Source: an uncultured Chloroflexia bacterium (lineage in GTDB: Bacteria > Chloroflexota > Limnocylindria > QHBO01). From it: DNA of 64,000 nt. Numbering within the stretch: position 1 is the stretch's first letter; every line of letters starts with the position of its first letter. Shown here one piece after another: positions 32,980 to 43,609 of this stretch. The position numbers and the translations under genes were made by a program. The notes beneath the pieces were generated by a model. It did no database searches. It was not told where the DNA came from and saw only the letters and a program-made list of their open reading frames with translations. The DNA lies in contig CAVPGY010000007.1 in NCBI GenBank assembly GCA_963704115.1, forward strand, positions 120,142-184,141, in the 5' to 3' direction.

Positions 32980-34285
32980 TCAGGCGCCGGCCGGCAGGAC
33001 GATGCGGAACGTGGTGCCCTCCGGCCCGGTCGACTCCACGTCGACGCTGCCGGCGTTGGCGGCGATCAGCTCGCGGGCGACCGTGAGGCCGATGCCGCTG
33101 CCGCCGTGCGCGCCTCGCGCGCGATCGGCACGGTAGAACCGCTCGAAGACGTGCGGCAGGTCCTCGGCCGCGATCCCGGTGCCGTGGTCCCGGATGCGAA
33201 CGGTCACCTCGCCCGCTGCCTCGCTCAGCGTGACGGTCACCTCGGCGGCGGGTGGCGAGTGCTGGATGGCGTTGATGACGACGTTGCGCAGCGCCCGCGC
33301 CAGGTGCCCGCGGTCCGCGTCCACCGGCCCCGCCCCGCCGTCGATCTCGACGCGCACGCCGCGCTCGCGGAGCAGGCCCTCGAGCCCGGCAACGATCTCG
33401 GCGACGAGCGCCTCGATTGCGACCCGCTCGGCACTCCGCTGGAGGGGAGCCGCCTCGGCGTGCGTCAGCTCGCCCAGCTGCAGGATCACGCCCGAGAGCG
33501 ACGCAGCGGCGGTCCGTGCCTTCTCGAGCTCGGCGCCATCAGCCGGCACGACGCCGTCCATCATCGCCTGCAGCTGCGATTCCAGGACCGTGGCCGGGGT
33601 GGCCAGGTCGTGGGCCAGGTCGCTCGCCGCGCGCCGGCGAAGCGTCTCGGACTGCTGGAGGCGCCCGGCCATCTGGTTGAACGCCTCGGCCAGCTCCTGC
33701 GACTCGGCATCGGGGCCGCCCTCCGCTCGGGCCGCCAGGTCGCCGGCGCCGAGGCGATGCGCCGCCGCCGCCACCCCGCGCAACGGCCGCGTCACGCGCG
33801 TCGCGACGAAGGCCGCTGCCGCGAGGAGGGCCCCGACCGCGACCACCCCGGTCAGCAGCAGCGCACCGTTGAACGCCGCGAGGAACGGGGCGCGGGCGCT
33901 CGGGACCTCGATCTCGACCCTGCCACCGCCGGCCTCGTCGCTGAGGTCCGCGATGATCGTCTCCGTCTCGCCCACGCCCGGTTCGGCTGTCCCGCCTCGA
34001 ACAGCACGGAGCCGTCGGCGTCCAGCACGCGCACCGACCCCCCGGTCTCGGTGGCAACGCGGCGCACGAGCATCGGGATGCCACGGCCGGTGCCGCGCTC
34101 CAGGCCCTCCTCGATGACGGTCACCGCCAGGGCAAGGCGCTGCTGCTCGCGAGGGCCGAGGGTCTCGTCGAGCGAGCGCGACACCGCCCGGTTGACCACG
34201 GCCCCGGCAACGACGAGGACGATCACCACGACCGCGGCGAGGACCACGGCGAGGCGGACCGCCAGCGGCCGTCCCCGCATCATGG
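32980..34285 (-). pseudogene. Sensor histidine kinase (TM sensor, HAMP, HisKA, HATPase_c), one frameshift near 33980
   Basis: N-terminus in ORF 33852..34346 (MMRGRPLAVRLAVVLAAVVVIVLVV..). The remainder in ORF 32980..33975 has the H-box SDLAHDLATP and G-box HGTGIAAEDLPHVFERFYRAD..GGSGIGLTVAREL. Confidence 0.7.
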
Positions 34286-34999
34286 CGACGGGTCGACGCG
34301 CGCGACGAGCCGATAGCCGCTCGCGGGCACCGTCTCGATCAGCCACGGATCGCCGGCATCGTCGCCGAGCTTGCGGCGCAGGTTCGCGACGTGGACGTCG
34401 ACGACGCGCTCGTAGACCTCGTCCGGCCTTCGCGCCACCACGTCGAGCAGATGCTGCCGGCCCATGACGGTGCCGGGCCGGGCCGCCAGCGCCACGACCA
34501 GCGCCGCCTCGCCGGGGGTCAGCCGACCCGGCTCGCCGCCTGCCAGCGTGTAGCGCCGCGACGACGGATCGAGCACCAGGCGCCCGCCGTCGAAGCTGAG
34601 GATCGGCGGCGGCGCGACGGCCGCCGCTCCGCGGGTGCGACGCAGGATGGCGGCGACGCGCGCCGTCAGCTCGTGCGGGTTGAAGGGCTTGGCCAGGTAG
34701 TCGTCGGCACCGGCGCGCAGGCCGGCGATCCGCTCGGCGTCGGTCCGCTTCGCCGAGGTGATGAGCACCGGCACGTCGCCGGCATCGCGCAGCGACTCGA
34801 GCACGGTCTCACCCTGCATGCCGGGAAGCATGAGGTCGAGGATCACGAGGTCGCAGGGGCCGGCGTCGAAGGCGGCCAGCGCGGCCGGGCCATCGCCGGC
34901 ATCGATGACCCGGTGCCCCTCGCGCTCGAGGTACAGGCGCAGGAGCCCGCGAAGCTGGGGCTCGTCCTCCACGACCAGGATGCGTGCCGGCGCGCTCAT
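34280..34999 (-). CDS. OmpR-family response regulator
   Basis: ILVVEDEPQLRGLLRLYLEREGHRVIDAGDGPAALAAFDAGPCDLVILDLMLPGM (receiver) plus a winged-helix output (TLAGGEPGRLTPGEAALVVALA..SGYRLV). Its stop overlaps the kinase start. Confidence 0.85.
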   Translation of the reverse strand: MSAPARILVVEDEPQLRGLLRLYLEREGHRVIDAGDGPAALAAFDAGPCDLVILDLMLPGMQGETVLESLRDAGDVPVLITSAKRTDAERIAGLRAGADDYLAKPFNPHELTARVAAILRRTRGAAAVAPPPILSFDGGRLVLDPSSRRYTLAGGEPGRLTPGEAALVVALAARPGTVMGRQHLLDVVARRPDEVYERVVDVHVANLRRKLGDDAGDPWLIETVPASGYRLVARVDPSP

Positions 35000-35126
35000 G
35001 GCCGCATCGTACGCGCGACCCGATTCAGACGTTGTGAAGATGCCTGCCGCCGATCTTGAGGCAATCTTCATCGGTCTCGGCGGATCGTGAGCGCATTCCA
35101 CTCCACAGCGACACGAGGAACACCCG

Positions 35127-35873
35127 ATGCGACTCACCAAGACTCTCGGCTTCGCCGGGGCGCTCATCGTCGCCGCCCTGGTGGGCGGGACGCTCATCAA
35201 CACCACCTTTGCCGTGGACGAGACGACCGACGCCGCGGATGCGGCCGATGCGGCCTACTGCGACGTGTTCCGCGACACCCTGGTCTCGGAGCTCGACGTG
35301 ACAGCCGATGAGCTGACCGCCGCCGGCAAGACCGCCGCCAACGCGGCGATCGACGCGGCCGTGGCGGCCGGCGACCTCGACGAGGAGCGGGCGGCCACTC
35401 TCCGCGAGCGGATCGAGGCCTACGACGGCGACGGCTGCGGCCTCTTCGGCCGCGCCGGCGCGTTCGGCCGTGGCTTCGGAGCAGGCATGGAGCGCGGGAT
35501 CGCGCGCGGCTTCCTGGGCGGTGACGTCTTCGAGGCAGCGGCCGATGCCCTCGGCATCGAGAGCGCCGACCTGATCGGCCAGGCCCGCGACGCCGGCTCG
35601 CTCGAGGCGCTCGCCGAGACCCAGGGCGTTGCCTACGACGAGGTCAAGGCCTCCGTCCTGGCGGCGGTCCAGGCGGATCTCGACGCCGCGGTCGGCGAAG
35701 GGATGGACCAGGCTCGCGCCGATGCGGCGATCGAGCACCTGACGACCTGGCTCGATGAGGGCGGCCAGCTCGGCGACCTCGGGTCCGGCCGTGGTGGCCA
35801 TCACGGACCAATGCGCGGCGGTGGCTTCGGCCCGGGGGACGACGCTGATGACGCGGAGGAGTCAGGGACGTAA
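35127..35873 (+). CDS. Secreted Ala/Asp-rich protein with two internal helical repeats (unknown function)
   Basis: N-terminal signal/TM segment (MRLTKTLGFAGALIVAALVGG) and an AGGAA RBS. The repeats are ..AIDAAVAAGDLDEERAATLRERIEA.. and ..ADLDAAVGEGMDQARADAAIEHLTTWLDEG... It lies next to the two-component pair. Confidence 0.6.
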   Translation: MRLTKTLGFAGALIVAALVGGTLINTTFAVDETTDAADAADAAYCDVFRDTLVSELDVTADELTAAGKTAANAAIDAAVAAGDLDEERAATLRERIEAYDGDGCGLFGRAGAFGRGFGAGMERGIARGFLGGDVFEAAADALGIESADLIGQARDAGSLEALAETQGVAYDEVKASVLAAVQADLDAAVGEGMDQARADAAIEHLTTWLDEGGQLGDLGSGRGGHHGPMRGGGFGPGDDADDAEESGT

Positions 35874-35962
35874 CCCGCTCCGCAGCCCCTCACGACGCGG
35901 CGCCGGACGCCTGGTGGCTCCGGCGCCGCGTCGCGTCCGCGGGTTCCGGCTACCCTTGGGGC

Positions 35963-36952
35963 ATGACGAAGATCGGATACGCGGCGATGCTCGAGCAGTT
36001 CCACCCCACGGATCTGCTCGATTGGGCCGAGCAGGCGGAGGGGGCCGGGTTCAGCGCGGGATTCCAGGTCAGCGAGCACTTCCACCCGTGGACGCCGCAG
36101 CAGGGGCAGAGCGCCTTCGCGTGGAGCTTCATGGGCGCCCTCGGCGAGCGCACCTCGCTGCCGTTCGGCACGGCGGTCACCTGCCCCGGCTTCCGCTACC
36201 ACCCCGCGGTGATCGCCCACGCGGCGGCCACGCTGGGAGCGATGTACCCGGGGCGCTTCTGGCTCGGCCTGGGCGCCGGTGAGGCGCTGAACGAGCACGT
36301 CATCGGCGGCGAGTGGCCGGAGATCGGCATTCGCTCGGCGATGATGTTCGAGTCGATCGAGGTCATCAACAAGCTCTTCAGCGGCAAGGTCGTCAAGCAC
36401 GACGGCGAATACTTCACGCTGGAGTCCGCCAAGCTCTACACCCGCCCCGAGCAGCCGGTGCCGGTCTACGTCGCCACCGCCGGACCCCTGAACGCGAAGC
36501 GCACCGGCAAGTTCGCCGATGGCATCATCACCGTCGGCGCGGCCGACGAGAAGATCGCCATGCTGTGGGACAAGTTCCGCGAGGGCGCCGCCGAGGCGGG
36601 CAAGGACGCATCGGCCATGAAGACGCAGCTCCAGATCCACGTCTCGTGGGCACCCAGCCAGGACGAGGCGGAGCGGAACGCGCTGGAGGAGTGGCCGAAC
36701 GGCGGCATGCCGTTCCCGAAGCAGGACATCAAGAACCCCGAGGACTTCGCGAACATCGCCAAGCTGGTGCGGATCGAGAACTTCGCCAACCGGATGCTGA
36801 TCAGCGCCGATCTCGAGGAGCACACCGCCCAGATCCAGAAGTTCGTGGACATGGGCTTCGACGAGATCTACCTGCACAACGTCGGGCGCGACCAGGCGGC
36901 CTTCATCGACACGTTCGGTTCGAAGGTCCTGCCGAACCTCAAGCTGGGCTGA
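35963..36952 (+). CDS. F420-dependent glucose-6-phosphate dehydrogenase-family protein (LLM class)
   Basis: 329 aa with FGD-like motifs (GYAAMLEQFHPTDLLDWAEQAE, WLGLGAGEALNEHVIGGEWP, ELYLHNVGRDQAAFIDTFG region). Confidence 0.75.
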   Translation: MTKIGYAAMLEQFHPTDLLDWAEQAEGAGFSAGFQVSEHFHPWTPQQGQSAFAWSFMGALGERTSLPFGTAVTCPGFRYHPAVIAHAAATLGAMYPGRFWLGLGAGEALNEHVIGGEWPEIGIRSAMMFESIEVINKLFSGKVVKHDGEYFTLESAKLYTRPEQPVPVYVATAGPLNAKRTGKFADGIITVGAADEKIAMLWDKFREGAAEAGKDASAMKTQLQIHVSWAPSQDEAERNALEEWPNGGMPFPKQDIKNPEDFANIAKLVRIENFANRMLISADLEEHTAQIQKFVDMGFDEIYLHNVGRDQAAFIDTFGSKVLPNLKLG

Positions 36953-36961
36953 TTCGGCCAG

Positions 36962-37357
36962 TCACCGGATGCCGGTGTCGTAGGTCAGCGTGACCGCCAC
37001 GGTCCGACCAGACGACACGGTGACGGCGGTGGCTGCCGGCCGTCCCATGAGACCCTCGACCTCGCCTCCGGTCACGAGGTAGTCGCCCGGAGCGACCGCG
37101 ATGGTCGCGTGGCCGGTCTCGTCGGTCGTCGCCTCGCCCACCACGATGTCCCTCCCGTCACCCGGCTGGACGAAGATGCGCGCTCCGCCGACGGGCCGGG
37201 GGGCGCAGTCCGGATCCGGCGGGTCGCGCTCCACCGGACAGATCGGACCGGCCACGACCTCGAGCTGGAGCGTGCCGTCAGAGGCGGGCGATCCGGATGC
37301 GGTCGGCGCACAGCCGGCCACCGCAACGATGAGGAGGGCGATCGACCAGCGCGTCAT
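36962..37357 (-). CDS. Lipoprotein with carboxypeptidase-regulatory-like (Ig-fold) domain
   Basis: Lipobox LLIVAVAGC followed by a beta-rich domain (GGARIFVQPGDGRDIVVGEATTDETGHATIAVAPGDYLVTG). Confidence 0.55.
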   Translation of the reverse strand: MTRWSIALLIVAVAGCAPTASGSPASDGTLQLEVVAGPICPVERDPPDPDCAPRPVGGARIFVQPGDGRDIVVGEATTDETGHATIAVAPGDYLVTGGEVEGLMGRPAATAVTVSSGRTVAVTLTYDTGIR

Positions 37358-37405
37358 GCCGCCCGGACGGCGCCGCGACGCGGACGGTTCCGCATCGCGC
37401 GCCGG

Positions 37406-38587
37406 TCAGTCATCCCCCAGCGGAACTCGCCGGAAGGTGAAGAACAGCGCCAGGTCGTACGCCACCTTCAGGCCGCCGGCGACGAGGAAGGGCAGGCCGG
37501 CCGCCATGCCCATCGACAGGGACGCCAGCGCGGGTCCCGCCGGCCGGACGAGGTGGCGTGCCGCGTTCGTGTACCCCGCCGCCGCGGTCCGCTCGGCGGG
37601 GTCGACCAGCGCCGCCAGGTACGCCTGGCGGGCGGGCACGTCCATCTGTGACAGGGCGGAGCGCCCGAGGAGCAGCCCGATGGCGATCGGGAGCGAGGGC
37701 GCGAGCGGCACGGCGGCCAGCAGCAGGTTCGAAGGCAGGTGGCTGAAGACCATGGTGTTGAGCAGGCCGATGCGGTCGCCGAGCCAGCCGGCGGCCACCG
37801 ACGAGGCCGCCTGCAGCAGGCCGACGCCGAAGAACACCAGGCCCATGAGCTCGGCGTCCGCGCCGAACTGTCGCCCGAACCAGAACACCATGAAGCTCTG
37901 GACGATGAAGCCGCCGGCGAAGGCATCGACGGCGAAGAGGGACGCCAGCCGTCGGACCGCCCCGCGGGAGCGCTGAAGGCCGCGCTGGCCCTGCGGCACG
38001 GCGGGCCCGACCTCGACCCGGTCGCTGACGCCACGGGCGACGATGAGGCAGGCGATGGCCCCGATCGGCATCACCAGCAGCCAGCGCTGGTCCGGTGGCA
38101 GCCCGGGCAGCACGTCGCGGAGCGCGCTGGGGCCACCCGCCGCCAGCGCTCCGACCGCGCCGGCCAGGTATGCCACCGCGTTGTAGCGACCGTAGACGCG
38201 ACTCCGCTCGGCCGGTGGCGTGGAGGCGAGCATGGCCTGCTCGACCGTGGTGATCGGGCCCGATTCGTTCGGATCGGTCGACAGGGTGCCGGTGAGCGCG
38301 GCGAGCACGAGGAGCGGGACGGCGCTCGTGAGGCCGAACACGGCCCCGGCGACGCCCATGACGGCGAGCAGCCCGAGGTAGGTCCGCCGGCGGCCGAGCG
38401 CCTCCCCCCAGCGGCCGACCGCCAGCGACGAGGCCGCCATGCCCAGCAGGACGGCGGTGAAGACCGCGCCGACGGCGATGGCGTCGAGCCCGCTGGCCGC
38501 CAGCGAGGCGCCGATCAGGATGCTGCTGAACCCGTAGAGGAAGGCGCGGATGGCCTGGACCGTGAAGACGCGCCGGACGTCGGACAT
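37406..38587 (-). CDS. MFS transporter (12 TM), intact
   Basis: 393 aa, hydrophobic throughout, with the MFS motif GRWGEALGRRRTYLGLL after TM2. Confidence 0.8.
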   Translation of the reverse strand: MSDVRRVFTVQAIRAFLYGFSSILIGASLAASGLDAIAVGAVFTAVLLGMAASSLAVGRWGEALGRRRTYLGLLAVMGVAGAVFGLTSAVPLLVLAALTGTLSTDPNESGPITTVEQAMLASTPPAERSRVYGRYNAVAYLAGAVGALAAGGPSALRDVLPGLPPDQRWLLVMPIGAIACLIVARGVSDRVEVGPAVPQGQRGLQRSRGAVRRLASLFAVDAFAGGFIVQSFMVFWFGRQFGADAELMGLVFFGVGLLQAASSVAAGWLGDRIGLLNTMVFSHLPSNLLLAAVPLAPSLPIAIGLLLGRSALSQMDVPARQAYLAALVDPAERTAAAGYTNAARHLVRPAGPALASLSMGMAAGLPFLVAGGLKVAYDLALFFTFRRVPLGDD

Positions 38588-38916
38588 GGCGGGCTCGGCG
38601 GCCGTCCTAGTCAGGAGGCTGCGTCGAGGAAGGCCGCCAAGCCGTCGTCGGCCACCCAGTCGTGCAGGGGCGGCAGCGCAGCGCGTCCTGATCGGAGGGG
38701 CGGAAGGTCTTGTGCCGCATGCGCAATTGTCCCAACTCAGGCCGCACGGCCGCCAGCCTTATCGACACATCCACCTGGCACCGATGCCCGGCGCTGGCGA
38801 CCAACGAGGCTGACCCAGCCGAGGCACGAACCCGGGTTGCGCATGGACATGGGGCGACCAGCAACCGATCATTAAGGCGCCACGCCCTCCGCCGGTTCTA
38901 GTAGGAGTCTCGCCCC

Positions 38917-39624
38917 ATGCCCGCCATCACCCAGCCCCGCCTGCGTCAGCTCGCCGCCCTCGTGGTGATCATTGCCCTCGTGCTCGGGATTCCTGCGGGG
39001 GTTGTCCTGGCCAGCCACCAGTTCAGCGACGTCCCGAGCTCCAACGCGTTCCACAGCGACATCGACGCCCTCGTGGACTCCGGTGTGACCGCCGGCTGCG
39101 GCGGCGGGAGGTACTGCCCGAAGGCCAACGTCACGCGCGAGCAGATGGCAGCCTTCCTCAACCGTCTTGGCGCGCTTTCCTCCAGCCAGACGCCGGTCGT
39201 CAACGCCACGAAACTCGACGGCCTCGACTCGAACTCGTTCGAGCGGAGCACGTCGGTCATCTCCGGCACGGTCGATTACGGGAATGTCAACGCCCGGGTA
39301 TTGCTCGACCCGCGGACCGGCGCCGACGTGCGCAGCCGCACGATCGGGAACTCGGCCATCCGGATCGTCAACACCGATCCGTCACGGTCGATGCAGATCT
39401 CCGGCACCATCACGTCCTACGGCAACGCGCCGGAAGGCAGGTCGATCGTCCTCGCGCCGGGCGAGGTGGCGAACTTCACCTACCAAACGGTTCAGGCGCA
39501 TTACCTGGATCTCGTGATCGTCAGCAGCGGAGCGACCGCAGGCGGGACCGATATCTCACGGCTGAGCTGCGCGGTGACGGATATCGGCGGTCACGCCTGG
39601 GTCTCCTGCGTCCTCGTCGGCTGA
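38917..39624 (+). CDS. Secreted/anchored SLH (S-layer homology) domain protein
   Basis: An N-terminal TM/signal segment is followed by the SLH motif FSDVPSSNAFHSDIDALVDSGVTAGCGGGRYCPKANVTREQMAAFLNRL. AGGAG RBS. Confidence 0.7.
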   Translation: MPAITQPRLRQLAALVVIIALVLGIPAGVVLASHQFSDVPSSNAFHSDIDALVDSGVTAGCGGGRYCPKANVTREQMAAFLNRLGALSSSQTPVVNATKLDGLDSNSFERSTSVISGTVDYGNVNARVLLDPRTGADVRSRTIGNSAIRIVNTDPSRSMQISGTITSYGNAPEGRSIVLAPGEVANFTYQTVQAHYLDLVIVSSGATAGGTDISRLSCAVTDIGGHAWVSCVLVG

Positions 39625-41025
39625 CTACCGCGGGATCGCCCTCCCGAACCAGAACGACTGCTGGCCGGCGTAGATGACGCCATCCGGCACGACCCAGAAG
39701 CGCTCCAGCTGATCGGTGATCGTCGAACTCAACTCGAGCGATTGCCACTCGACCCCATCGGTCGATGTCCAAGCCCCCGTTACTCCCGGCCAGGGCATCG
39801 GCGAGGCGTGGCCACGGGGACCGAGCGACACGATGCGAAGGCCGTCCGACGCAGACCAGTCACAGGCGAGGTGTGGGCCTGGTTGTGGCGAGTCGCGCCA
39901 GGTTGTGCCGTCGGCCGACAGCCAGGCGTCCATGTAGCGCCAACCGCCGGCCGCCATCTCGCGGTACCCGCGACAGGCGAGGAGGCCGTCGTCGGCAGCC
40001 CACAGCGGGCCGAGCTCAGCCCCGGCGGCCAGGCCAAACTCGTCGGCCTCGATTGTCGCCTGGACCCAGGTGAGGCCGTCATCGGAGTACCAGGCCGCGA
40101 TCGTGGCTGTCGCAGGTTCGGTCCAAACGCCGGTTGCGCCGGTCACCACGAACCGACCGCCATGCGCGACGACCGAGTTCAGCAGAGCGCTGTTGGAGCC
40201 GGCCGGCAGCTCGGCCGGGGCCCACGTTGCGCCGTCGCTCGAGTGCAGGACGATCGGCTCCATGGCATCGGTCCCGAACGAGTTGCCGATGGCAACCAGC
40301 CCGTCGGGTCCGCTGGCGACGTCGACGAGGCCGATCGTGGGGTCGTGCTGTGCCTCGTTCCATCCGTCGGGGTTGGAGTGCACACCGGGGATGGCATCGT
40401 GCCACGCGCCTAGCCAGCTCGCGCTGTCGACCAGGCTCCAGGTGACGCCATCGGTCGAGCGCCAGATGATGCAGGTCGGTGGCGCGCCAACGATCGTTCC
40501 AGGCGGCGACGGACTGGCGACGGACGGCATGAACGCCAGCAGCTCGTCACCGGTGGCAACGAGGTGACGCGGTGCGCCCGGGAAGTCGCGCTGCTCGATC
40601 GCCCAGGTCACGCCGTCAGGCGAGGTCAGCGACGCCCAGCCCTGCCCAGGCAACTCGCCGACTGCGACATAGCCGTCCTCCCACGGAACGAGGTCGTACA
40701 GGTGAACCGTGAACGCGGGGGTCACCGGCTCCGACCAGTCGAGCTCGGTCCAGACGGCGACAGGTGTCGGCGTCGGCTCGGCCGTTGCTGTCCGTTCAGG
40801 CGTCGGGCTCGGCGCGACTGTAACGCTGGGCTGCGGCGTTGGGCTGGCCACTGCGGTCGGTGACGCGGTCTCGCTCGGCCCCGGTCCCGGATCGAGGACC
40901 GGCCACAGCAGGAACCCGATGATGATGAGCGCGACCGCCCCGATGGCGATGAGCGCAATCCCGGACGGGGCGTTGAGCGCGAGTGCCTTGCGATCCGGAC
41001 GGCGCGGGGCGGACGGCGATGACAT
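39625..41025 (-). CDS. Membrane-anchored BNR/Asp-box repeat beta-propeller protein (sialidase-like fold)
   Basis: One N-terminal TM helix, a Pro/Thr-rich linker, then at least five S-x-D-G-x-T-W Asp-box repeats (STDGVTWS, SSDGATWA, SDDGLTWV, SADGTTWR, STDGVEWQ). Confidence 0.75.
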   Translation of the reverse strand: MSSPSAPRRPDRKALALNAPSGIALIAIGAVALIIIGFLLWPVLDPGPGPSETASPTAVASPTPQPSVTVAPSPTPERTATAEPTPTPVAVWTELDWSEPVTPAFTVHLYDLVPWEDGYVAVGELPGQGWASLTSPDGVTWAIEQRDFPGAPRHLVATGDELLAFMPSVASPSPPGTIVGAPPTCIIWRSTDGVTWSLVDSASWLGAWHDAIPGVHSNPDGWNEAQHDPTIGLVDVASGPDGLVAIGNSFGTDAMEPIVLHSSDGATWAPAELPAGSNSALLNSVVAHGGRFVVTGATGVWTEPATATIAAWYSDDGLTWVQATIEADEFGLAAGAELGPLWAADDGLLACRGYREMAAGGWRYMDAWLSADGTTWRDSPQPGPHLACDWSASDGLRIVSLGPRGHASPMPWPGVTGAWTSTDGVEWQSLELSSTITDQLERFWVVPDGVIYAGQQSFWFGRAIPR

Positions 41026-41116
41026 GGCGCGACCTCCGCGGGTTGTCCACGCTCAATCGTCAGTCCGGCGGCCAGCGGAGGCAAGTGCGCTTCGGCAGGC
41101 CATCGCGGGCCGTTCG

Positions 41117-41737
41117 TCACCCGATGTCGAACCAGGCGCGGATCTGGCGAGTCACGGTCAGGTCCCCAGCCGCCACCTCGGTCCCCGCGTCGGCGGACTC
41201 CATGGCGCCCATACCGCCGAACTTCGGGAGCGGACCGGCATGACCCGGACCCTCCTCCTCGACCCGGGCGACACCGGCGAGCGTGACACCCGCGGCGCCG
41301 GCGACCGCTTCGGCCTTGGCGCGTGCCGCAGCGACGGCGGCGGCGAGGGCCACGTGCTCGGCGGCAGATGGGTCGGCGGCGGCCATCTGCGTACGGTGGA
41401 CCTCGTTCGCGCCGGCCGCGACCACGGCGTCGAGTGCCTCGCCCAGCTTGTCCAGCTTGCGAACCCTGGCCGTCACCTGGCGGGCGACGCGATAACCGGT
41501 GAGCTTCTGGCCCTTGCGGTAGTCGTACTGCGAGTGAATCCCAACGTCCGGCGCGTTGATGTCGCCATCGACTATCCCAAGCTCGCGCAACTTGGCCAGG
41601 ACCGCGGACGCCCGCTTGTTGACGTCATCGCGCACCGCGGCAAGGTCCTTGCCGTCAGCGGTCACGGCGAACGAGATGTTCGCCAAGTCCGGTATCACGG
41701 TGGCCTCACCCTCCGCGGTCACGCTGATCCATCGCAT
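41117..41737 (-). CDS. SIMPL-domain (DUF541) protein
   Basis: VTAEGEATVIPDLANISFAVTADGKD..GYRVARQVTARVRKLDKLGEALDAVV matches the SIMPL/DUF541 family. Confidence 0.7.
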   Translation of the reverse strand: MRWISVTAEGEATVIPDLANISFAVTADGKDLAAVRDDVNKRASAVLAKLRELGIVDGDINAPDVGIHSQYDYRKGQKLTGYRVARQVTARVRKLDKLGEALDAVVAAGANEVHRTQMAAADPSAAEHVALAAAVAAARAKAEAVAGAAGVTLAGVARVEEEGPGHAGPLPKFGGMGAMESADAGTEVAAGDLTVTRQIRAWFDIG

Positions 41738-41751
41738 GCCACCCATGTTCG

Positions 41752-42972
41752 TCACTCCACTGCTTCGAAGACTGAGGCAATGCCCTGGCCGACGCCGATG
41801 CACATCGTCGCCAGACCGTAGCGGGCGCCACGCCGCCGCATCTCGTGGAGGAGCGTCGCGGCCAGCCGAGCGCCGGAGGCGCCGAGGGGATGGCCGATGG
41901 CGATGGCGCCGCCGTTCACGTTCGTCGTCTCCGGGTCGAGCCCCAGCTCCCGCATCACCGGCAGCGCCTGCGCCGCGAACGCCTCGTTGAGCTCCACCAG
42001 GTCGAGCTGCTCGACGCCGATGCCGGCGCGCTCGAGCGCGCGGCGCGTGGCCGGGATCGGGCCGAGGCCCATCGTCGCCGGATCGACGCCCGCCACCGCC
42101 GAGGCGACCATGCGGGCCATCGGCCGCATCCCCAGCTCGCCGGCGCGGGCCTCGCTCATGACCAGCAGCGCGGCGGCACCGTCGTTGATGCCGGACGAGT
42201 TTCCGGCGGTGACGGAACCCGAGGCGTTCCGCGTGAAGGCGGGCTTCAGCTTCGCCAGCGACTCGAGCGTGGTATCGGGCCGCGGGTGTTCGTCGGTGTC
42301 GACGATGCGCGTGCCCTTTCCGTCGGGCACCTCGATCGCCACGATCTCCTCCGCGAAGCGGCCCGCCGTGTGTGCATCGGCCCAGCGCCGCTGGGAGGTC
42401 AGCGCGAAGGCGTCCTGGTCCTCGCGGCTGACGCCCAGGCGCTCGACGACGTTTTCGGCGGTCTCGCCCATGGAGTACGGGTAGTACGCGTCGGCCAGGC
42501 GCGGATTCGTGAAGCGCCAGCCGAGGGTGGTGTCCTGCAGCGCCTGTTCGCCGCGCGGGAACGCCGCCGACGGTTTGGCCATGACGAACGGCGCGCGCGT
42601 CATCGACTCGACCCCGCCGGCGATGAAGATCTCGCCATCGCCGTACGCGATCGCATGCGCCGCAGTCACCACGGCCTGCAGGCCCGAGCCGCAGAGCCGG
42701 TTGACGGTCTGTCCCGCCACCTCGATCGGCAGGCCCGCGAGCAGCGCGGCCATGCGGCCCACGTTGCGATTGTCCTCGCCCGCCTGGTTCGCGGCACCGA
42801 GGATGACGTCGTCGATGAGCGTGGCGTCGAGCCCGGTGCGTTCCACCAGTGCGTTGATGACGTGGGCCGCCAGGTCGTCGGGCCGGACGTCCTTCAGGGC
42901 GCCGCCGTATCGACCGAATGGGGTGCGCAGGCCCTCCACGACCACGGGCGTGCGTTCAGGATCGCGATTCAT
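41752..42972 (-). CDS. Acetyl-CoA C-acyltransferase (thiolase)
   Basis: 406 aa with thiolase signatures ([12 protein letters not shown] with active Cys, [41 protein letters not shown]). Confidence 0.9.
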   Translation of the reverse strand: MNRDPERTPVVVEGLRTPFGRYGGALKDVRPDDLAAHVINALVERTGLDATLIDDVILGAANQAGEDNRNVGRMAALLAGLPIEVAGQTVNRLCGSGLQAVVTAAHAIAYGDGEIFIAGGVESMTRAPFVMAKPSAAFPRGEQALQDTTLGWRFTNPRLADAYYPYSMGETAENVVERLGVSREDQDAFALTSQRRWADAHTAGRFAEEIVAIEVPDGKGTRIVDTDEHPRPDTTLESLAKLKPAFTRNASGSVTAGNSSGINDGAAALLVMSEARAGELGMRPMARMVASAVAGVDPATMGLGPIPATRRALERAGIGVEQLDLVELNEAFAAQALPVMRELGLDPETTNVNGGAIAIGHPLGASGARLAATLLHEMRRRGARYGLATMCIGVGQGIASVFEAVE

Positions 42973-43038
42973 CGGTGCGATGGTACGCCGTCGCTGGAGG
43001 TTGGGGCGGCGGAGTCAGGGTAGATGCGCCAGCGTGGC

Positions 43039-43605
43039 CTAGCGGGTGGTCAGCTCGTGGATGCCGCGCAGGCGCCAGCCCAGGATGACCAGGAATGCGC
43101 CGAACGCGATCGCGAACGACCCGATGAGCCACACCAGGCTGAGGACGCCGGCGGCCGGGAAGAGCACGAGGACGATGCCGAACACGATCGACGCGGCACC
43201 GGCCAGCGCCATCCACACCTCGTTGTCGATCACGCGCCGCAGGCGGATCGCCATGACGATCTCGATCGCGCCGGTGAGCACTGCCCAGGCGGCGAGGATG
43301 AGCACCAACACCTGCGCGGCGGCGGCCGGCAGCAGGATCGCGATCACGCCGGCCGCCACGCTGACCAGGCCTTCCAGGACCTCGAGCCACCAGCTCCGGT
43401 CCTGGCCACGGGTGCGGATCCCCGCGACGAGGTTCCCGACGCCGTCGATGATCGCCCACGCGGCGAACAGGCCGACCAGGATCGCGATCCCGTAGGTCGG
43501 TGCGAAGAAGGCCAGCACCCCGAACAGGATGGCGAGCACGCCTCTCACGATGAACGTCCACCACCAGCGCGCCAGGCCGATGGTTGCCGTTCGATCGACG
43601 CTCAT
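43039..43605 (-). CDS. HdeD-family (DUF308) membrane protein
   Basis: Six-helix repeat with the characteristic W-rich start (WWWTFIVRGVLAILFGVLAFFAP). Confidence 0.75.
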   Translation of the reverse strand: MSVDRTATIGLARWWWTFIVRGVLAILFGVLAFFAPTYGIAILVGLFAAWAIIDGVGNLVAGIRTRGQDRSWWLEVLEGLVSVAAGVIAILLPAAAAQVLVLILAAWAVLTGAIEIVMAIRLRRVIDNEVWMALAGAASIVFGIVLVLFPAAGVLSLVWLIGSFAIAFGAFLVILGWRLRGIHELTTR

Positions 43606-43609
43606 CGGC

